Shown piece after piece: positions 28,335-37,452 of a stretch of DNA of 64,000 nucleotides (its first letter is position 1; each line of letters begins with the position of its first letter). The DNA lies in IMG/VR virus record IMGVR_UViG_3300035670_000111, positions 24,240 through 88,239 of that record. One strand, given 5' to 3'. The stretch is from a virus. The notes below the pieces were generated by a model. The model saw only the letters and a program-made list of their open reading frames with translations. It was not told the origin of the DNA and did no database searches. Position numbers and translations under genes: made by a program.

Positions 28335-30469
28335 GAGAACCTTCCCCAAACGCTAATTGTACTAGAGGACATGCTGCTAATAGTGGTAGGTAAATCTGTC
28401 TGAGCGGCCACTGCTCCAGTAAGTCTAGGAGCTAGTGTAGATAGGGTAGCCGGCACAGAACTATACGCAAGTTGTAGGTTTCCAGTTGTAGATGCTAATA
28501 CTATGATTCCAAGGGCGTATCTAGTTCCCGCAGTAAGGGCATAAGTTGAGGGGAAACCTCCCGTAGTATCAAGATTTCGTGTGTAAAGGGTGTTAGTAGT
28601 GCTAAACAAGGTAGTGTCGTTAGCTGTTCTGGCTACTAAAGTTGCAGTATTTCCAGAGACTGTATAGATACCTAGTCTGATTAAAGAAGCTCCGGTAGTT
28701 GCAATAGTAGATGAAGCTACACTTATTGAATCTACTACGGCATCCCAGCTAGGGGTAAACATAGTTAGGTAAACAGTTCCGCTTGTAGGCGTTCCAGTAA
28801 AGTTACCGATTCTTGGGTAAACATCAACAATATCTGAGCTTTGATTTAAAGTACCCGCAGCAGCTATTAGAGGATTATCCCAGACCAATCCCGTAGATTC
28901 TGCAGAGTTTGCTGATAAGAACTTTCCATTTGCTCCAACCGCTAAGTTATCTATAGTTCCACTAGCTGTAGCAGCTAATAGATCTCCCTTTGCCGTAACT
29001 AAGTGGGTACCCAAAAGAGTTGTATTCTCTGCTGGAACCGTAACGGTTACGTCTGCTACAGGATCTGTAAAACTTAAAGTTGTCTCAAAGTCGTTAGCAG
29101 TTCCCTCTACGGTTAAGCTTGAATCAGAAATATATAGACCTGATACTGTTGGGGTTGTTAAAGTTAAATCTGCAACTGAAGTTGTAGTGTCACCTAAAGT
29201 TATAGCTGTAGATCCAAGCGTTATTCCGGAATTTTCAAGCTTATCATTTGTTACGTCACCGTCAACAATTTTTGCTGTGGTAACCGAACCGTCTAGCGGA
29301 GTTCTTTCATCAGATAGACGACTATCATCTCCAAGGACAACCTCTCCCGCTGCGGCATCTCCTGTGGTTGAATAATTTTTACCTGCTGCGGTTCCCGCAT
29401 CAGAAACCTGTGAAAGGGTTATAGATAACAGAGATTGATCAAGACCTAGCACTGCGGCGGTAGATGTTCCAGTATTTGTAACAGGACCCGTTACAGAGAT
29501 AACTCCAGATGGACCGGTTGGGCCTATATCTCCCTGAGGACCTGTTGGGCCGGTGTCTCCCTGTGGTCCAGTAGGACCTTGTGGACCAACAATCTGACCG
29601 GCGCTGTACCAGCCAGAGATATCGCTCCAAACGTAAACATCTCCATCTGAGTCAACAATGTAAGCATCATTTTGGTTTGGAGTTGGAGTTGTTGGTAAAT
29701 CTATAGGAGTAGCAACGCTACCAATAAGGTTGATAGCAACACCTTGTGGACCTGTAGGACCAAGCTCTCCTTGAGGTCCTGTTGGTCCCGTTTCACCTTG
29801 AGGACCGGTTGGTCCAAGGTTTGAAACCGCGATTGCTCCAGCCATTGGTGGGTGGTATTGGCAAACGTAATAAAGTTGCGGTGCGTCAAAAGGAACTTCA
29901 AAAATAATAGTTCCACTTTGAGTACCATTGTTAGTAATTCCTGTGCTGTAAATATTTCCAGAACTATAGGCTCCAGATACTGTTTGAATCCAGAATGGAT
30001 GGCCTACAGCATTAACATTAATTACATATCTGTGACCACGAATGAAAGATAACGTTGGGTTGCTTTCGCCATTAATTACGTAAGCGCCTGATCCAGAGTT
30101 AGTTACATTTAGAACAATACCGCCACTAGGACCAGTTGGTCCAGTTGGTCCTGTTGGACCTGTAGGACCGGTGACACCTTGAGGAATACCAAAGTTGTAT
30201 ACGGCTGCAGTTGCAGTTCCTGTATTAACAACGGTTGCAGAAGATCCTGGGGCTAGGGTAGAAACAACTCCTACAGTTGCTGTAGAACTTGGGCCTGTTG
30301 GACCTGTTGGTCCGGAGGAGTAGGGCAAAGAGTTCCAAGCAGATGAACCATTTCCAATTTTAAACTTACCAGTGTCGTACTCGTAACCAACTTCTCCTTG
30401 GGAAAGGATTGGGTTTGCGGTTGCCCACTCAGATACAGTTCCGCGTCTAAATTGAACTTTAACTGCCAT
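28331..30469 (-). CDS. Tail fibre with Mtd/hyaluronidase-like N-terminus, collagen repeats and cupredoxin-like domain
   Basis: QFRRGT...NPILSQGEVGYEYDTGKFKIGNG; GPT repeats; GHPF...YYVCQYHPPMAG. Confidence 0.85.
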   Translation of the reverse strand: MAVKVQFRRGTVSEWATANPILSQGEVGYEYDTGKFKIGNGSSAWNSLPYSSGPTGPTGPSSTATVGVVSTLAPGSSATVVNTGTATAAVYNFGIPQGVTGPTGPTGPTGPTGPSGGIVLNVTNSGSGAYVINGESNPTLSFIRGHRYVINVNAVGHPFWIQTVSGAYSSGNIYSTGITNNGTQSGTIIFEVPFDAPQLYYVCQYHPPMAGAIAVSNLGPTGPQGETGPTGPQGELGPTGPQGVAINLIGSVATPIDLPTTPTPNQNDAYIVDSDGDVYVWSDISGWYSAGQIVGPQGPTGPQGDTGPTGPQGDIGPTGPSGVISVTGPVTNTGTSTAAVLGLDQSLLSITLSQVSDAGTAAGKNYSTTGDAAAGEVVLGDDSRLSDERTPLDGSVTTAKIVDGDVTNDKLENSGITLGSTAITLGDTTTSVADLTLTTPTVSGLYISDSSLTVEGTANDFETTLSFTDPVADVTVTVPAENTTLLGTHLVTAKGDLLAATASGTIDNLAVGANGKFLSANSAESTGLVWDNPLIAAAGTLNQSSDIVDVYPRIGNFTGTPTSGTVYLTMFTPSWDAVVDSISVASSTIATTGASLIRLGIYTVSGNTATLVARTANDTTLFSTTNTLYTRNLDTTGGFPSTYALTAGTRYALGIIVLASTTGNLQLAYSSVPATLSTLAPRLTGAVAAQTDLPTTISSMSSSTISVWGRFS

Positions 30470-30612
30470 TAGCAATCACACTTCTTTCCTTTTTTCATTT
30501 TCCACCACATCCAAACATGGTGAGCCGCCATTAGTCCCATAAGAGCCCACATAACTTTCATCTCAGTTATTTGAAAAGAAAAGTCTGTTGAGTGATTTGT
30601 ATGATCATGCAT
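30469..30612 (-). CDS. His/Met-rich single-TM microprotein (47 aa)
   Basis: Manual: [47 protein letters not shown]; TAATG overlaps at both ends. Confidence 0.7.
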   Translation of the reverse strand: MHDHTNHSTDFSFQITEMKVMWALMGLMAAHHVWMWWKMKKGKKCDC

Positions 30613-30905
30613 TAGTCGTTAGGCCCTCCGCAATCAATAGGGACAACTCCACCGTACGTAGAAGACGGAGTTCCGCAATCTACGTTTTGAAAGATAGGAC
30701 CAGTCGGTCCAGTTGGACCAGCAGATCCAGTGGGCCCAGTTACAGCAGGACCGGTTGGCCCGGTTGGACCAGCAGGACCTGTAGGTCCGATTGGACCTAA
30801 AGACTCTTTAATGACCCACTTGTAACCGTCCCAAAGCCAAGTAGTTCCTGCAGCACTGAACTCTTCGTTTAGCGCAGGGGAATTAGGAAAGTCAATTGCT
30901 GGCAC
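30612..30905 (-). CDS. Short collagen-like fibre protein
   Basis: [10 protein letters not shown]...WLWDG..W followed by GPT repeats. Confidence 0.8.
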   Translation of the reverse strand: MPAIDFPNSPALNEEFSAAGTTWLWDGYKWVIKESLGPIGPTGPAGPTGPTGPAVTGPTGSAGPTGPTGPIFQNVDCGTPSSTYGGVVPIDCGGPND

Positions 30906-30927
30906 ACCTTAGATTTTACCTTAGGGG

Positions 30928-31629
30928 CTAGTCGTAGGACTTCTTAACCCAAACTACTTTTCTGTACCCGTCGTATAGGTATTTAGCGACTTGGAACAGC
31001 TGCTTGTTTAGCCAGTTCTTGTCAGTCTCTTTGACTTCGCTTTGCCAACCTTCTCTTTTAAAAGGGATGATTTGCATTATGGGGGTGCCCGCAGGGATGG
31101 TTCCTTCAAACCCTTCTTTTAAGAAGAAGGGTATCTCCCCACCAAGGGAGAACCCGTCAGAGTCAACAACTCCAGAGGTAGTTGTAAACGGGAGATCAAA
31201 CCTATTTAAAGGGTGGGTGAACACACAGCTATATCCTTGAGGAACAGATACTGCCCAATAGGTGTGCCAAGCGTACAAGTCATGGTCATGACCAGACGGT
31301 CTGGGCAAAGTAGAAGCCATGTCTTTTGGTCTAATTTCTACAATGGATGGGGCTTCGTTCCAGAAAAACCCCACCTCATTGCCTTTACGTTGAACTAGCA
31401 AATCTACTGGCAGTGTCAGCATATAACCAGTAGTTAAAGCGTCTAAAAATGGAACGCATAGCTTTATGTCTTTATTAATTCCACCAGCCTCTCCAAGAAT
31501 TTCCATTTTACCGCTACGAAACCTTTTGGCTTTTTTGTACCAATCTGGAACATAGGACTTAGCGGATTTTGGTGGTTCGAACTTAGACACGTCCTCATTC
31601 ATAGGCATAAAACTAATGCGCTTTGTCAT
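30928..31629 (-). CDS. Conserved beta-rich phage protein (DUF6065-like pattern)
   Basis: KLCVPFLDA...GYSCVFTHPLNR...GVVDSD...IPAGTPIMQIIPFKR. Confidence 0.7.
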   Translation of the reverse strand: MTKRISFMPMNEDVSKFEPPKSAKSYVPDWYKKAKRFRSGKMEILGEAGGINKDIKLCVPFLDALTTGYMLTLPVDLLVQRKGNEVGFFWNEAPSIVEIRPKDMASTLPRPSGHDHDLYAWHTYWAVSVPQGYSCVFTHPLNRFDLPFTTTSGVVDSDGFSLGGEIPFFLKEGFEGTIPAGTPIMQIIPFKREGWQSEVKETDKNWLNKQLFQVAKYLYDGYRKVVWVKKSYD

Positions 31630-31630
31630 T

Positions 31631-32581
31631 TTATAGAATTCCTCCATAGTACAGGGTTATACCCATCAATACGACAGGCACTACAAGCGCAAGGATAGCC
31701 TTATAGTAATCTTTAAGCGGAGTCCTAAAATAACTCTTTCCTACAACTAGGCACTTGTGGGCTGGGGATAGCATGTACCCAGCGTAGTCAACGGCAAAGA
31801 ACAATGGCAAGGTTTCAACGCCAAATACTCCTACAGATAGGACCACAAATCCAGCAAACTTGCTACTGCTTCCTAGGGCAAAGCTGGCTAGAAAACCAGT
31901 AAATGCTACAAGAATAAGTAGGTTGTTTTTATGGGCGGCCTCAATCCATCCGTTAATCGTGTCGATATTAGCCTTAACAATGTTGCTAAGCACGATAACA
32001 ATGGCGGTGAATACTAAGACTCGTGCGTAGTCAATGAGTTGCTTACGATCACGCTTGGAATCTGCCTCTAACTGCCAAGACTCCTTATCCTTCTTCTTTA
32101 GCGGTTTCCCTGGAATAACGATTTCAATATCATTTTCTTTTAGTACCTTAAAGATATAGAACAAAATAACAACTGCTGCGGTAGCAAGTAAGGGCGAAAT
32201 TTTACTCATTAACTCCCAGTAACTAATGCTTAGAGCTGCCATAGGCAATAAAACAGTAGCCTCTAATGGGGACCAGAAGTAAAAATGATGCGTAGATAGG
32301 TAGTCAATAATTCCGTAATTCTTACGCTTTTTGTGATCTTCTGGAGCAATGGTATCTAGAGCACCAGCCGAAATAGCGACGCGACCTGAAATCGGTAGTA
32401 CACCAGAAAATAGGGAGATCAGCGCTACGACTGCTCTCTTTGACTTAACACGTGTAGCAATCCATGCGTAAAACGGCATGAATACTTGTGTCTTTTTTGC
32501 AGCAAAGGAAAGTCCCATTACTGCGGCCAGTAGAATGAGGAATTGCTGATTATCCAGCAACAACGATGATGTAAATTCCAT
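31631..32581 (-). CDS. Multi-pass membrane transporter (DUF401/IT-superfamily-like)
   Basis: About 9 TM segments; GVLPISG and GYMLSPAHKCLV...YF motifs. Confidence 0.75.
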   Translation of the reverse strand: MEFTSSLLLDNQQFLILLAAVMGLSFAAKKTQVFMPFYAWIATRVKSKRAVVALISLFSGVLPISGRVAISAGALDTIAPEDHKKRKNYGIIDYLSTHHFYFWSPLEATVLLPMAALSISYWELMSKISPLLATAAVVILFYIFKVLKENDIEIVIPGKPLKKKDKESWQLEADSKRDRKQLIDYARVLVFTAIVIVLSNIVKANIDTINGWIEAAHKNNLLILVAFTGFLASFALGSSSKFAGFVVLSVGVFGVETLPLFFAVDYAGYMLSPAHKCLVVGKSYFRTPLKDYYKAILALVVPVVLMGITLYYGGIL

Positions 32582-34193
32582 TCCACCACATCCTTTCGTT
32601 TTCGATGCTGTTTAGCATCTTTTTGGAGTATACGGGTGTAAGACCCGCGGCTTTCACCGCATCGTCAGCTGCACGCACCGTATCTGTCCAATTCGCGTCA
32701 TCGAACACAAGGATGGCTTGCTTAGCGAAGCAGTCCCTATAACGGGTCACGGCCTTATAAATATGCTCGTACTCGTGAGGTCCGTCATAGAAAAATAAAT
32801 CCACATCTTTGATGGTGGACACATCAACTTCGTGCATATCCTCATTAATGATGTGCACTTTGTTATCGCCCACATATGGGGCTATATTTTTTTCAAACTC
32901 ATCTTGGTTATTAGGCGGGAGCTCTCCGTGCTCTTCTCTAACCGGCTGTAGGTCTTCTTCCCACATGTCGATAAAGTAGGCGTCCAGATTATTTCCCGCT
33001 AAAGCGGCCGCTCCTGTAGCGCCCAGATAAGCGCCTATTTCTAGGTAAACCTTTGATTGAGAGGCCAACCCATTGAGCAGTTGTTGAATACGTTTGCTGG
33101 TAAGTCCAGGGATATTAATATCCAACTTTCGGTTTACCGAATCAACCAGTTCTCTAGTTACAACCAAGGTGCGAGGCTGTCGCTTGTCTCCATACTTAGC
33201 CGCAACAATTTTGTCGCAGTACCCGCAGTCCCAGCAGTCAAACTTGCAAGTCTTAATCTTTTCACGCCAGATATTAATTGGTCTGTCTACCAAGTTTCCT
33301 TCTTCTACGAAGTCCTTGAAATGGTCAAACAGAATTTCTTTACCAGCAATATAATTGCGGATAATCTGCATAGTCTCTCTGAGCCTAGAGCGAGATTCAC
33401 GACCGTGCATCTTTATGACATCAATACCAAGTTCGTTTAAGAAGTAATCCCAGTCCTCTTTCCATGGTGGAAAGTTGGCTGTTTTTAACGGAACTGCTTG
33501 ATCCTCATAGTCCCACTTCATACAAGAAACACGGCTAATAGAGTCCGCAAAATATTGTGAAGATTCGGACCTAGTGTTGTTAAAGTGGTAATGCTCGTCC
33601 ATCATAGGGCAACCACCCAGGCATCCTTCGTTAGCCAACAGGGATAGTTTTACCCCGTATTGTTCTTTTGCCTTTTTAAATCTTTTTAGTTTTTCATGAT
33701 CTCGCATCAAATCTCGGTCTAGATTTATGTAGTTAAACCCAGCCTTTGCCAAATGAGATATTTCCCGTGGTTCAGATACATTTCTAAGAATAGTGTTCTT
33801 AATAAAGATTCCGGGAAACTCCGCCTGGATTTGACCACTAGCAACCCAGTGAGTGTGTGGGATTGTGATTGATCGAATACCAGCCTCGTATAAAGGCCTA
33901 AAGTTTTCAATAAATAGGTCTAAGTTCTCTTGGGTAGGTGGTACATATATGTTGTTAAACACGGCAGAAGCTGTGATGCCGGTAAAGGTTTGAATATTTA
34001 TAGCAAGTTCGTTTAGATACTTGTGGTCTTCTTCGGGGTTGGAAAAGACATCACCCATCGCATCTTGCATAAAAGGCGGTATACGGCAGGTAAAGTAAAA
34101 GTCATAGATATAGCTTTTGCACTCATCTAAAAATTCTATGAACTCTTCAAGTTCCTCTTGATTCAGCTTGGGATTTAAGGGTACTGTGAACAT
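32550..34193 (-). CDS. U32-family Fe-S enzyme fused to class I SAM methyltransferase
   Basis: INLDRDLMRD, LLANEGCLGGCP, KMHGRE, CKFDCWDCGYC; then YLEIGAYLG, FFYDGPH, LVFDD. Confidence 0.85.
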   Translation of the reverse strand: MFTVPLNPKLNQEELEEFIEFLDECKSYIYDFYFTCRIPPFMQDAMGDVFSNPEEDHKYLNELAINIQTFTGITASAVFNNIYVPPTQENLDLFIENFRPLYEAGIRSITIPHTHWVASGQIQAEFPGIFIKNTILRNVSEPREISHLAKAGFNYINLDRDLMRDHEKLKRFKKAKEQYGVKLSLLANEGCLGGCPMMDEHYHFNNTRSESSQYFADSISRVSCMKWDYEDQAVPLKTANFPPWKEDWDYFLNELGIDVIKMHGRESRSRLRETMQIIRNYIAGKEILFDHFKDFVEEGNLVDRPINIWREKIKTCKFDCWDCGYCDKIVAAKYGDKRQPRTLVVTRELVDSVNRKLDINIPGLTSKRIQQLLNGLASQSKVYLEIGAYLGATGAAALAGNNLDAYFIDMWEEDLQPVREEHGELPPNNQDEFEKNIAPYVGDNKVHIINEDMHEVDVSTIKDVDLFFYDGPHEYEHIYKAVTRYRDCFAKQAILVFDDANWTDTVRAADDAVKAAGLTPVYSKKMLNSIENERMWWNGIYIIVVAG

Positions 34194-34572
34194 GTGGTTT
34201 CATGACTTGCCAAAACGCGTCGGCTTGTCTTTTGTCCTCCTCAGTTAACTCGTATTTGTACCGCATAGGGCAATCAACTAGGTCGCCCATCTTATTACGT
34301 TTTGGGTGTTCCACAAATCGCGTTTTTTGCTCTGGAGTGAACTGATCCATTACATTTGAGTGCGCCCAGACGTGAATGTACCCCCTATTAATATCGTAGT
34401 ATTTGTACCCCATAGCCTCATACTCGCTCATGGGTATATACGGAAGTTCCTCTGGCACGTTCTCTACTTCAGTAAAGTACCAAAACATAAAGGACCCTTT
34501 TATCTTTAGGGCGTCCCATTGATCCGGGCTAAACTTATAGATATCGTCGTGAAATAGTCCGGCGAAGGTCAT
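34147..34572 (-). CDS. Hypothetical protein
   Basis: 141 aa; ATGA-coupled to coiled-coil gene. Confidence 0.7.
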   Translation of the reverse strand: MTFAGLFHDDIYKFSPDQWDALKIKGSFMFWYFTEVENVPEELPYIPMSEYEAMGYKYYDINRGYIHVWAHSNVMDQFTPEQKTRFVEHPKRNKMGDLVDCPMRYKYELTEEDKRQADAFWQVMKPHVHSTLKSQAESRGT

Positions 34573-35342
34573 TCTATTTCTTTAGGCTTATCTATTAACT
34601 CAATTGTAAATTGTTTGTTAGCCAACTCTTTAATCTTGGCTGACTGAATTTGACCTAAAGCATTATCTACACGTGTCGCCCAATCCACAGCAACAGTCAA
34701 AGCTGCTACAGCAGAATCAGTGTCCATCTGAGAGATGGCGTCCATGTTTCCCGTGCCAATTTTTCCCATAGCCATTAGGTCCAAGGCAGCCTGTTTTCCT
34801 AGGCGCTGAACCCAATGGTCTGCCTCAAGCTTGGCTGACAGCTCTTCATTTTGCACAGCATCTTTTAAATCAGTTCCGTCTGGAAGGTACGCCTCACCTG
34901 TCTGGTACATCTCTTCTAACGCAATTATGTAATTTTTACGTTCTACATAACATTGGTTTAGCCTGCGGTGCATTTTTATGAGGTCGTTTTTATTAGTAAT
35001 TAATTCAAACTCTTTTAATTTAACTTTTGCCGGAGATGTGGTTTCTGACATCTCTTCATGAACCACTTCTATCTGAGCCTCTTGTTTTGCAATGTTCATT
35101 AGAAGGTTTTCAATAACCTCTTCACGAGATCTAATTTCTAAAAGAAACTGTTTGTATTTTTGATAAGGTGTAATTTGGGCGTCACCCACAAAGTGCTTAA
35201 TCTTAAAGTAAGGGGTGCTATGGTCTATGTCTAAAGAGAACTTTAGTAGTTCTACTTGCTTATCATTAAGGTCCCCGGTGTCGGTAACCAACTTTTGACG
35301 AGCTGCTTCTAGGCGCTCTTCAAGGCTTGTAATATTATCCAT
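34569..35342 (-). CDS. Coiled-coil protein
   Basis: Heptad-rich; HWVQRLGKQAALDL...GNMDAI; ATG 35342 follows GGAG (35354 is an alternative start). Confidence 0.8.
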   Translation of the reverse strand: MDNITSLEERLEAARQKLVTDTGDLNDKQVELLKFSLDIDHSTPYFKIKHFVGDAQITPYQKYKQFLLEIRSREEVIENLLMNIAKQEAQIEVVHEEMSETTSPAKVKLKEFELITNKNDLIKMHRRLNQCYVERKNYIIALEEMYQTGEAYLPDGTDLKDAVQNEELSAKLEADHWVQRLGKQAALDLMAMGKIGTGNMDAISQMDTDSAVAALTVAVDWATRVDNALGQIQSAKIKELANKQFTIELIDKPKEIE

Positions 35343-35376
35343 GTTGTTCTCCATGTTGTTAGTGTACCAGGTGCTG

Positions 35377-36399
35377 TTAATCTCTCCAGAACCCGTGTCC
35401 TGAGGACCTTCCGTTAATGGCGGCTCCATTTGTATGAGTACCAGTAAGAGAAGTTGATGTTACGCGGAAGCCAGAATCCGTAGCAAAATCAAACTTTCCA
35501 ATATCATTGGTTTGACCTGTCGTGGATGCGTTACCACCTGTGGTATCTGAGTAGTGACCCAGCATAATGCCGTGAGTCTGGCTCATAGAGAAGTTTTCTT
35601 CACCGCAGAACCACACGCTCTTTTGTGGGGTTGCTACTGTGCTCTCTGTAGTGTAATTCCACTTTCGGAAATAACGACCAGACCCATAAGTCCCCTCGTT
35701 ACCTCCATAACCAAATCCGGTTTTAGCCGGAGAACCCTTTTGCTGTCCGTGGAACCCTGGAGAAGATCCAGGAGTAGACTCTGCTTCCGTTGCAAAAACA
35801 AACTTTCTACGATATGTAGAGTCGCCATCTGCGTTGTCTCCCCAAAAATAACCCCAGTTCTCGCTCATGTGAGCCCCTGCGCCGGTACCGGCCTGTCCAA
35901 AACCAGTTCCTGCCGTCGAGGTGTGGACTTCGGTTGTTAAATTAAACTTTTGATATACGGCTGTACCTTGGTTTCCTGTTTGCCATGAGAATGTGTAGTT
36001 TCCTGTAGTGTCTTGGGCAAGAATAGTGGCTGAATCTCCAACAGTTTGAGCGGTGTTCATGGCCGCTTGTTTTGTATACGTTGTATCGTTTCTCATACTA
36101 AATACTGAAGTAGAGGTAAATGCGCCAACACCACCAGTGCCCCAAACAAAACCTATATTTCGGTTATGAGCACCGGACGTATAGTTAGCTGTTTCTGTAA
36201 GGATGTTTCCTAGGTTACTTGCAACGTCTGTAGAAAATGCGTACTTGTTTACATTCTGCCATGGAACGCTGTCTTTGTATCCAGCGGCTACATAACCAGT
36301 TGTTAAAACTTGACGCGTTAGAAAAGGAAGAATTCCACCTCGCTTATAGCGAGCGCTGAAGACACCATTAACAGATCTTTGGGATGCAAAAATAGGCAT
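35377..36399 (-). CDS. Kelch-like beta-propeller protein (paralog B)
   Basis: Repeated GY/GF..G...KF.F.TD/TE blades. Confidence 0.75.
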   Translation of the reverse strand: MPIFASQRSVNGVFSARYKRGGILPFLTRQVLTTGYVAAGYKDSVPWQNVNKYAFSTDVASNLGNILTETANYTSGAHNRNIGFVWGTGGVGAFTSTSVFSMRNDTTYTKQAAMNTAQTVGDSATILAQDTTGNYTFSWQTGNQGTAVYQKFNLTTEVHTSTAGTGFGQAGTGAGAHMSENWGYFWGDNADGDSTYRRKFVFATEAESTPGSSPGFHGQQKGSPAKTGFGYGGNEGTYGSGRYFRKWNYTTESTVATPQKSVWFCGEENFSMSQTHGIMLGHYSDTTGGNASTTGQTNDIGKFDFATDSGFRVTSTSLTGTHTNGAAINGRSSGHGFWRD

Positions 36400-37439
36400 T
36401 AGTCACTCCACATTCCTGCGCCAGATGAGCGCCCTTCAATAGCCGCTCCAGCCGAAGATCCTGTTCCGCTTTGTGTTCCAGTAGGCCATTGTCCTGAAGG
36501 CCATAGCGCTCTAGCACCAGTAGCAAACTCATAGTAACCGGATTCGTTTACTTGAGCTCCATTGTAGTGACCAAGCACATACCCACGGGTCTGCGACTGA
36601 GAATGGTTCTCTTCTCCAGAATTAAGGATTGCTTTTGTATTAGCGCCAAGAGTTGTAATGGTGCTAGTTGCGTAAGTGTACTGTCGGTATGAGTAGCCCG
36701 CATTATAGCCGCCCTCGTTACCGCTCCAACCTTTTCCATCTTTAGAGACAAGACCTTTTTGTTGAGATGCTGGAGATGCTCCGGAAAAAGATTGTCCGGG
36801 GTTTGTCTCCGCTTCTGTAGCATAAGTAAAAGAGCGTTGACCGTCTGCAGCTGTGGTTGCAGTACTATCTGCCCAATAAATAGCGCGAGTCTCATCAAAG
36901 TGAGCTCCGGCTCCAGTACTCGCATTGTTCATGCCAGTTCCTGGTCCTGTAGTCCAAACATCATTGGACATATTAAATTTGTAATAGTTAGCGCTAGAGT
37001 TTCCGCCCATTACATAAGCTATCCAGCCAGTTCCAAGTGTGTCGTAATAAATAGGCGACTCAGCGTCAGCCATAGTTCCTGGGGCTGTTCCAGGTTGAGT
37101 TTGGGTAGTAAAGTTTTTTAAATGAAACTTAGAAGTCTTGTTGTAAGAGCCCATACCTTCATTACCAGTACCGTTAGTACCAAAGACATAACCCATGGTA
37201 CGACTCATAGCGCCACACACGTAACCGCCAGCTTCATTTAAAATGTCACCGCGGTTAGTTGGGGTCTCAGTTGACCATGCGTATGAGTTAACGTTGCGCC
37301 AAGCAACGCTGTTTTTATACCCAGCAGCTACATAGCCTGTAGTGATGACTTGCCTAATCTTAAAAGGCAGAATACCGCCGCGTTTGTATCTAGCGCTAAA
37401 TACGCCGTTAACGGAACGCTGCGAGGCAAATATTGGCAC
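36399..37439 (-). CDS. Kelch-like beta-propeller protein (paralog A)
   Basis: Same blade pattern; first 26 aa identical to paralog B. Confidence 0.75.
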   Translation of the reverse strand: MPIFASQRSVNGVFSARYKRGGILPFKIRQVITTGYVAAGYKNSVAWRNVNSYAWSTETPTNRGDILNEAGGYVCGAMSRTMGYVFGTNGTGNEGMGSYNKTSKFHLKNFTTQTQPGTAPGTMADAESPIYYDTLGTGWIAYVMGGNSSANYYKFNMSNDVWTTGPGTGMNNASTGAGAHFDETRAIYWADSTATTAADGQRSFTYATEAETNPGQSFSGASPASQQKGLVSKDGKGWSGNEGGYNAGYSYRQYTYATSTITTLGANTKAILNSGEENHSQSQTRGYVLGHYNGAQVNESGYYEFATGARALWPSGQWPTGTQSGTGSSAGAAIEGRSSGAGMWSD

Positions 37440-37452
37440 TCTAGCCTCCTAA

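Noticed and set aside
28331-30469. Diversity-generating retroelement target (Mtd-like N-terminus)
   Set aside because: No reverse transcriptase or TR/VR pair seen in the window; the similarity is only to the fibre attachment domain.
32550-34193. U32 as a collagenase acting on the collagen fibres
   Set aside because: The peptidase label is historical; the Cys motifs and methyltransferase fusion fit Fe-S chemistry better.
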